Assembly: GCA_038496445.1 (NCBI GenBank)
Contig: JALMLS010000464.1
Coordinates: 1-45,407 of the forward strand
Direction: 5' to 3'
Length of the DNA: 45,407 nucleotides
Origin: Trichosphaerium sp. ATCC 40318
Taxonomy: Eukaryota; Protista; Tubulinea
Below are positions 39,430 to 45,407 of this stretch, one piece after another. The translations under genes and the position numbers were made by a program. How positions within the stretch are numbered: the first letter of the stretch is position 1; each line of letters starts with the position of its first letter. The notes below the pieces were generated by a model. That model saw only the letters and a list, made by a program, of their open reading frames with translations, did no database searches and was not told where the DNA came from.

Positions 39430-40003
39430 GGGCACTTTGCCCTTAAGTGTAACTTATTAAACCTTACTGCTACATGCCTTGTACTTGTATGTTAATAAAC
39501 TTACCTTGAATACTAGTACCCTGCTTGACGTATAATTATCAGGGATGATGTTTGATTACAAAACAAAACTAATTGACATAATTGAAACAAACTTTCCCTC
39601 AAATACAAAAGATTTAATGAATCGTCACTTAGCATCACTCATGATCTGTGTTCACCAATAACTGACAGTAACAAATAGACTTTAGTTGCTACAAAATCGA
39701 CTTGGAAGCCAACAACACAAAGAGATACACAAATAACATTCTTATACTATGCAGAAGAGATAATCATCATTGAATATCTTTTTGTGGCCTAGTCAATACG
39801 TGTGTATCTGAAGCTTGTCTACATGGATCTTTCATGCATGGTACATCATCTACTGTAACACTAATTGAGCGTGGTGATTGTGATGTAAACAGTATACACA
39901 TGGTACATGGCAGGTCACATTGTAAACAGTAGCAAAAAATAGGCCATTTCAGTTTTGGTGCAAGATCAGTGTTGGAAGAAAAGGCTTGGAGAAGTATTTA
40001 TTA

Positions 40004-42446
40004 CTATAACTTGGTTAATATGTCTTGCCAGTTATTACAGTATGACCAAGTATTGTCATCGAGAGTTTTCATTTCAAGAGGTACATTGAACTCAAGAACA
40101 TCAGAATCAGAAAAAAAGCTCTTCCATGGGGCTCCTGGAACTCCTAAAACGGCCATAGACTTCCAATATCTGCAATAGTTATCAAAAGATGTGATTGAAG
40201 TTAAAAATCATACGCTGCCATTGAGTGTGAAACGTAGACGTCATCTTGAGAAAAAGTTCCATTGAAGAACAGACTTTGGTGCTGGAATATGTATGCTACT
40301 GTTGTTTTGTTTGTAAGTATACTAGAAGTTTAAAGAGATAATTTACTTACACTCTGAAGCATGTGTAGCGTTAAGGAAGGAGTTTGGTCCTTCAGGGAAC
40401 TTTGTAAAATGATATCTAAAGTAAGAATCTGGCTGAAATTTTGCTATAAACGGAGAAGCTAAGTGTACACCGCACGCAATACCAGAATCTCCAAAAATCT
40501 TAGAAGCGCCCTCCCAATATCCTCTCGCCTTAGAATACGGCACATACCTGTAAAAAAAACATCACGTGAACAAACTTATAAATACAAACATCACAAACCA
40601 TGACTTAACAAGCTCAATAAAGTCAGAAGAATATCCAGCGAAAGATTCAGCGACTATCTTGTTATACATTGCTTCATCAATACCTAAATACGTTAGAGGT
40701 GTTATGTATAATAACAGCAGCAAAGTCGGTCATACCTTCTGCTGGTGTCTTTCCGCTGTTTTGAAACATAAATATGTTTCCTTCATATTCTTGAGTGCCG
40801 ATTATCATAGGGTACTTCCTATACAATCCATCTTGGAGCAAAGACAATGGTTGAGCGGTGATAGTTGTTCCACCAACAGTGGGGTAGTATGATAACTATT
40901 AGCAGTCAGTAAACCATACACTAGTAAACGTGCTCATACGCCAGATTTCTGTGTTTCAGTCATTAGTGTCTTTGCTGGTACTTTTTTCAGGCATCTGAGA
41001 AATCATCAATTATTTAACAATGTAAACATTGACTGTACTCAGTATTAGAGCAATCAAAAAGTTGTAATACACTCTCTGTAATCTTCATACTAGTTTCTTT
41101 TGAGGGAAGTCTCCATGGCCCAGGACTCTCAGCGATTAATGCCCTCAAACAATTATTAGTACAAAAAGAACGATTGATAAAGTACACGTGGTAGAACAGT
41201 CAGAACAAAAGTAACATTGTAATGATAAAATGATAGATGGTCAGTGTAGAATGTGTCAACAACAATCGCTCCTTTGCTACTGCATCACCTAGTAATGAAG
41301 CACCCACTCAACAACCTACAATAGCTCCAGGTGGAGGTATAATAGATGTATTTATCATGGGAAAGTCAGGAACAGTAGGACTCAGTAGGATTTGACGATC
41401 GGATGATTTCAAATACGAGTGATATTGTTGTTGTAATAAATGAAGTATTGCAACTCTTGTGAAGAGTTCGAATTCAAAAAAGGGTGCTCACCGTATAGGT
41501 ACTGTTTGAATTGTAGGTGGTAGGATACTCTGTAGCAACGTGCTCATACCACCTGCTGATTCACCAAATACTGTCAAGGTACTCGGATTACCACCAAACG
41601 CGTGTATATTTTCGTAGACCCATTTAATAGCTAACGCTTGATCTTGTAATCCAACGTTTTCGTGTTGTTTGTTATCTTCATTGTAATAAAATCCGAAAAC
41701 ATCAAGTCGATATCTACAAAAAGAAATTGACTTTTCGGTCACGTGATATTATTTTTTTCGAAGTTTTTTTTCAACATACGATATGGTGACTACAATGGAA
41801 TCTGTTTGAGCAGCGAGTTGTCCACCAGGGTACAAAGACGTGCCTCCATACAGAAAAGAACCACCATAAACTATTAAGGTCAATACACTCTAGACAAGTC
41901 ACTTCACTTCACGCACTGAATAGTAAAACTGGCGTTTCTGAGTGCATTGGCATAGGAGTGAATACATTAAGGTATAGACAATCTTCTGAAGTTTGATCCA
42001 AAGTATACATACTACCACCTTGAACACAAGCCTCCTTGAAACTACACAAAAAAAACTCAGAGAAAAGTTTTTCGATTTTGTTCTCAATGAATGTACTCTT
42101 TGGCGTCAATGATTTTATTCCAATCGTCTACAGGTTGTGGAGCCTGAAAACGCTTATCTCCAATAGGAGGCGTTGCGTATGGTATACCTAGTGAAACAAT
42201 CGTAAGAAAAAGACGTAATGTTACGAGAATGACGCTCTCACCGTGGAAGTAAGTAAACGGTAGCGCCTCAGTTGTATCTAAACCGATTTAGTATCTTACC
42301 AATAATATGGCGTAGAAAGTACTGTAATATCCTTGAACAGGTCCGTTCTTTGTTTGAACTACAGGCGGAGATGATCCAAAATAATTCAGGCACGTGATTG
42401 TTACTAAAAAGTTCAAAAAGAGGATAGCCAACAAGCTTTTTAACAT
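40004..42446 (-). CDS. Secreted type-B carboxylesterase / lipase family protein
   Basis: Signal peptide, VQTKNGPVQG, GIPYATPP, SEDCLYLNVFTP, YGGSF, GLQDQALAIKWVYENIHAFGGNP, nucleophile motif GESAGG, and a His-containing C-terminal segment (ATHASE). Confidence 0.95.
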
Positions 42447-43230
42447 GAGTAGTGTATGGCTGTTGCTATACAAAAAAAGAGTGTTTCCAGTAAAGGCTAT
42501 TGTCAACGTAGTTCTGTGGTATTAAAGACTAAAGATACAAGCATTCATTCGGCCTCAAGATCCACCAGACTCATGTGCCAGGTTGTAGAGTCACCTTGAT
42601 ACGTTAGATTGGACATAGTCAACACAAAGAAGGTGCATATTGGAGAGTCTTGATGGCTCTATCATCCATGAGGGGATTTATTACACTTAAAAAGAATCGT
42701 GTAGCAAATGATAATTGAATAACAAAACAAGAAAGCATGATCACTACTTGTAATTGTTTTGTAAAAGCTTGAAATATTCCACATTTCATATGAATACAAT
42801 TACAGACTTCAATTGGTTAGAAATAACTGAGAGTGTTACGGATATATTGCGGTTGTGATGGTCCAGCTGTTTCTGAAGCTGCAATTTTGACAATTATAAA
42901 AGGCGTACATTTCGTCACATGATCTCCGCACATGACTGAGGTGCGGAGTTATCATTATTTTTTGCACTACAAAGCTACTTACGCTTCAAATGGAGCAAGA
43001 AGGACGAGTGTGAGATGGAAAAGAGTTCGTGGATAACCGTGATTGTAGTATTTTACTACAAACTAATCAACATAATAAACTACAAAAGAAGGCCAAGACA
43101 GGATTGACACAATGAATATAATGCCATAATGTTTGTTCATGATGATCTGCTTCCGTGATATCAAGTGCCTTTTATCACTTAAGCCAAAAACTATTGGTAC
43201 ACTAAACATCACAACGTCTCTTGAGATCAC

Positions 43231-44393
43231 ATGCATTTTACATCCATACTGGCGTTATTGGCCTTAATTATATCTATTTCTTGTCGCCAAATCTCTCCTG
43301 GGTATATTTATGGTGTGGCTTCATCACTAACTGGCCCTGAAAATGTTGAAGTATTTTATACAGACTTAGAGTTTAATAATGGTAAAATACCTTTACACCT
43401 TGTTTCGTACTTAACTATTTGCAGAACCTACTTCTCTCTGGGCGTCACTGCTACGTTTACGCTTCAATCAGAACAATTTCCAGCCATAAGTAAGCCAAAG
43501 TTGTAAAACCAATTATGCTGTTTTACAGGCTGATGATACTTTTTTAGTACCTTCATTTGATGGCTCGATGATTCTTTTGACAATGACAGAAACTAGTGGA
43601 AGATTTAAAGTAATAGTTAAATCAATTGACAACACATTAATATGTACTGGCGAATTCCCAGAGTTTGCTATTGCCGGTCAATTTATTGATGATACAACAT
43701 TCATTGTTTTACTTCCTCCGTCATCCACAGTGGCAACATATAAACTTGACATAACAAATACGAATAATTGTGTATCTCCAATATACTCGTGCGTAATATC
43801 ACCAGTAAGACCTTCTGGTTTTATTGGAAGTACGTTGATAACCATCAATTTTTTCTTCTTTTTTTCTTGCTTAATATGACTTACTGTTTCTGTTACAGTG
43901 GTAGTTGATAGCGAAACAACAATGTTGTCTGTTGCTCAAAGATTTGGGAGTTCTGAAATTCATTCTGTTGATACATCAGCTTTTTTTGTTCCAGGAGCAT
44001 GTGTTATTGATTCGATTGATACTTTGGGTTCTCCAATTGTGGGTACTATCTTGCTGTTAAGGCTTGATGATACAAATGTTGGTATCAACAGTTTTGCTGA
44101 AACCCCACGAATGTCAATAGCAATTGATAAAACAACAGGCACTTATGTTCTCTTCAATCATTTATTGTTTATTATATTTGGCTTACAAGAATTGTAGGCA
44201 CTCAAACACCATATAGAACAGTTCAATCATCAAGCATCACTCTCCAACATTCTACCCAGGTTTCATAGCTCCGTGTGTATCAAGGTGAATTGAAAGAAAG
44301 AAAGAATACTCACTTACCAGTGTTTTTAGTAAACGGTCAGCAAAGGCAGTGGCGTCATTAAATGAGGAACGAATAGCACTGCTACATCGTTAA
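43231..44393 (+). CDS. Secreted protein of unknown function, copy D (extra CT in exon 2; may need intron-1 retention or be a pseudogene)
   Basis: Closest to copy C. GC donor at intron 44139-44197. Ends ERIALLHR*. Confidence 0.75.
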
Positions 44394-44609
44394 ACACTGT
44401 ACAGTTCAATAAACTTTATACCTAAAAGTGCTTTAATTGGGCAACTTAAAGCAGTTATACACATTTACCAGCTTTGAGGGTTTATGAGCTGTGCCTATGC
44501 TTTAGCTGGACATTTCATTGTTCTAAAACTGAAGGATACTGTACACGATTTGTCATTAATAAAAGTGCTGTATTTAAAGTGAACACAGCACGTGAAGTAG
44601 ATTACACCC

Positions 44610-45317
44610 AAGATATGTAGCGATACCTGAGTACCACGCAGGAGTGCCTGCTTATGATCAGAAGTTATGGCATTACGTATCAGGAAACTCTCAGTATCAT
44701 CCTGGTATGGCTTTTCCTACTACCAGAGAGCTTGGTACATGGACAGAGTTTTTAGATGCTATGACTGAGTTGTTTAATGGCGAAGATATCAGCCAGAGTT
44801 CTTACAATGCTGCTCTGTTTGTTATGTATAAACAAGCTATTGTTGGCAATAGCTATGGGATCTGCAGTAGTGGTTCGTGATACTGTTGTTTATCTTCGTC
44901 CGTTTTTTTTTTTTTGGTTTTTCTTGCTCAAGTGTTTGTTTTTCTTTGCTTATGACAATTCGAAGTTGTTAATTCTACTTCCGGTAGTTGCAGTAGAAAG
45001 AGTATACTACACCAGAGTTTTTTTACAAAGTGAGATTCTAACCATCACGTGTAGATTGATGAAGTACTTTACTCGTACATGTACAGGAAAAGGTTTCCAC
45101 CATCTCTTGGTCAAAAATTTGGAGCCAAAACCTGTACAACAACTCGATTGGTTTCACGTTCAAATTCAAAATGAGGGATAACGTTTCTCCTGTTGTTTTA
45201 TTTTCTTTTCAAAACTTTTTCTAGGTCCACAACAAACTAAAACATCAAAGAATGCTCTTCAGCATGAATCTTGTCTTGGCAACAACAACATCAAGGAAGC
45301 TGTTGGCACGTGATTAG
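44610..45317 (+). other. Probable intron-containing gene or gene relic of unknown function
   Basis: Coding-like exons (VPAYDQKLWHYVSGNSQYHPG...; KGFHHLLVKNLEPKPVQQLDW) separated by T-rich intron-like tracts. No clear start found. Confidence 0.35.
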
Positions 45318-45407
45318 AGGTTGCCGGCTATAAAAATCCGTAGTCTGATAAAGAAAAATGTTGACACTTTCACTTTTCTAAACTTTGTCAATACAAACTC
45401 AATCACC

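Overview
AT-rich (~35% GC by eye) eukaryotic genomic DNA with many short (~45-70 nt) GT-AG and a few GC-AG spliceosomal introns, read with the standard code. Gene content suggests an amoeboid protist; this is inference only. Recognisable genes, assembled by hand across introns: a divergent 14-3-3, a divergent 9-intron actin, a filamin-repeat/MORN-repeat protein, a PILS/AEC-family transporter, a secreted type-B carboxylesterase, three F-box-LRR genes, one F-box-like/MORN-variant gene, two Trp-rich helical-repeat proteins and one tRNA-Ala(TGC). Standout unexplained structure: (1) four paralogues of an unknown secreted protein whose coding loops diverge much faster than their introns and framework, an antibody-like framework/hypervariable pattern, with one copy scrambled and carrying a captured foreign gene fragment; (2) two ~110-bp palindromic elements whose arms derive from the 3' part of tRNA-Ala, next to a perfect 136-bp truncated copy of that tRNA locus; (3) an inverted F-box-LRR pair with near-identical 5' ends but reshuffled LRR modules; (4) two MITEs with TSDs; (5) strong enrichment of CACGTG, often inside introns.
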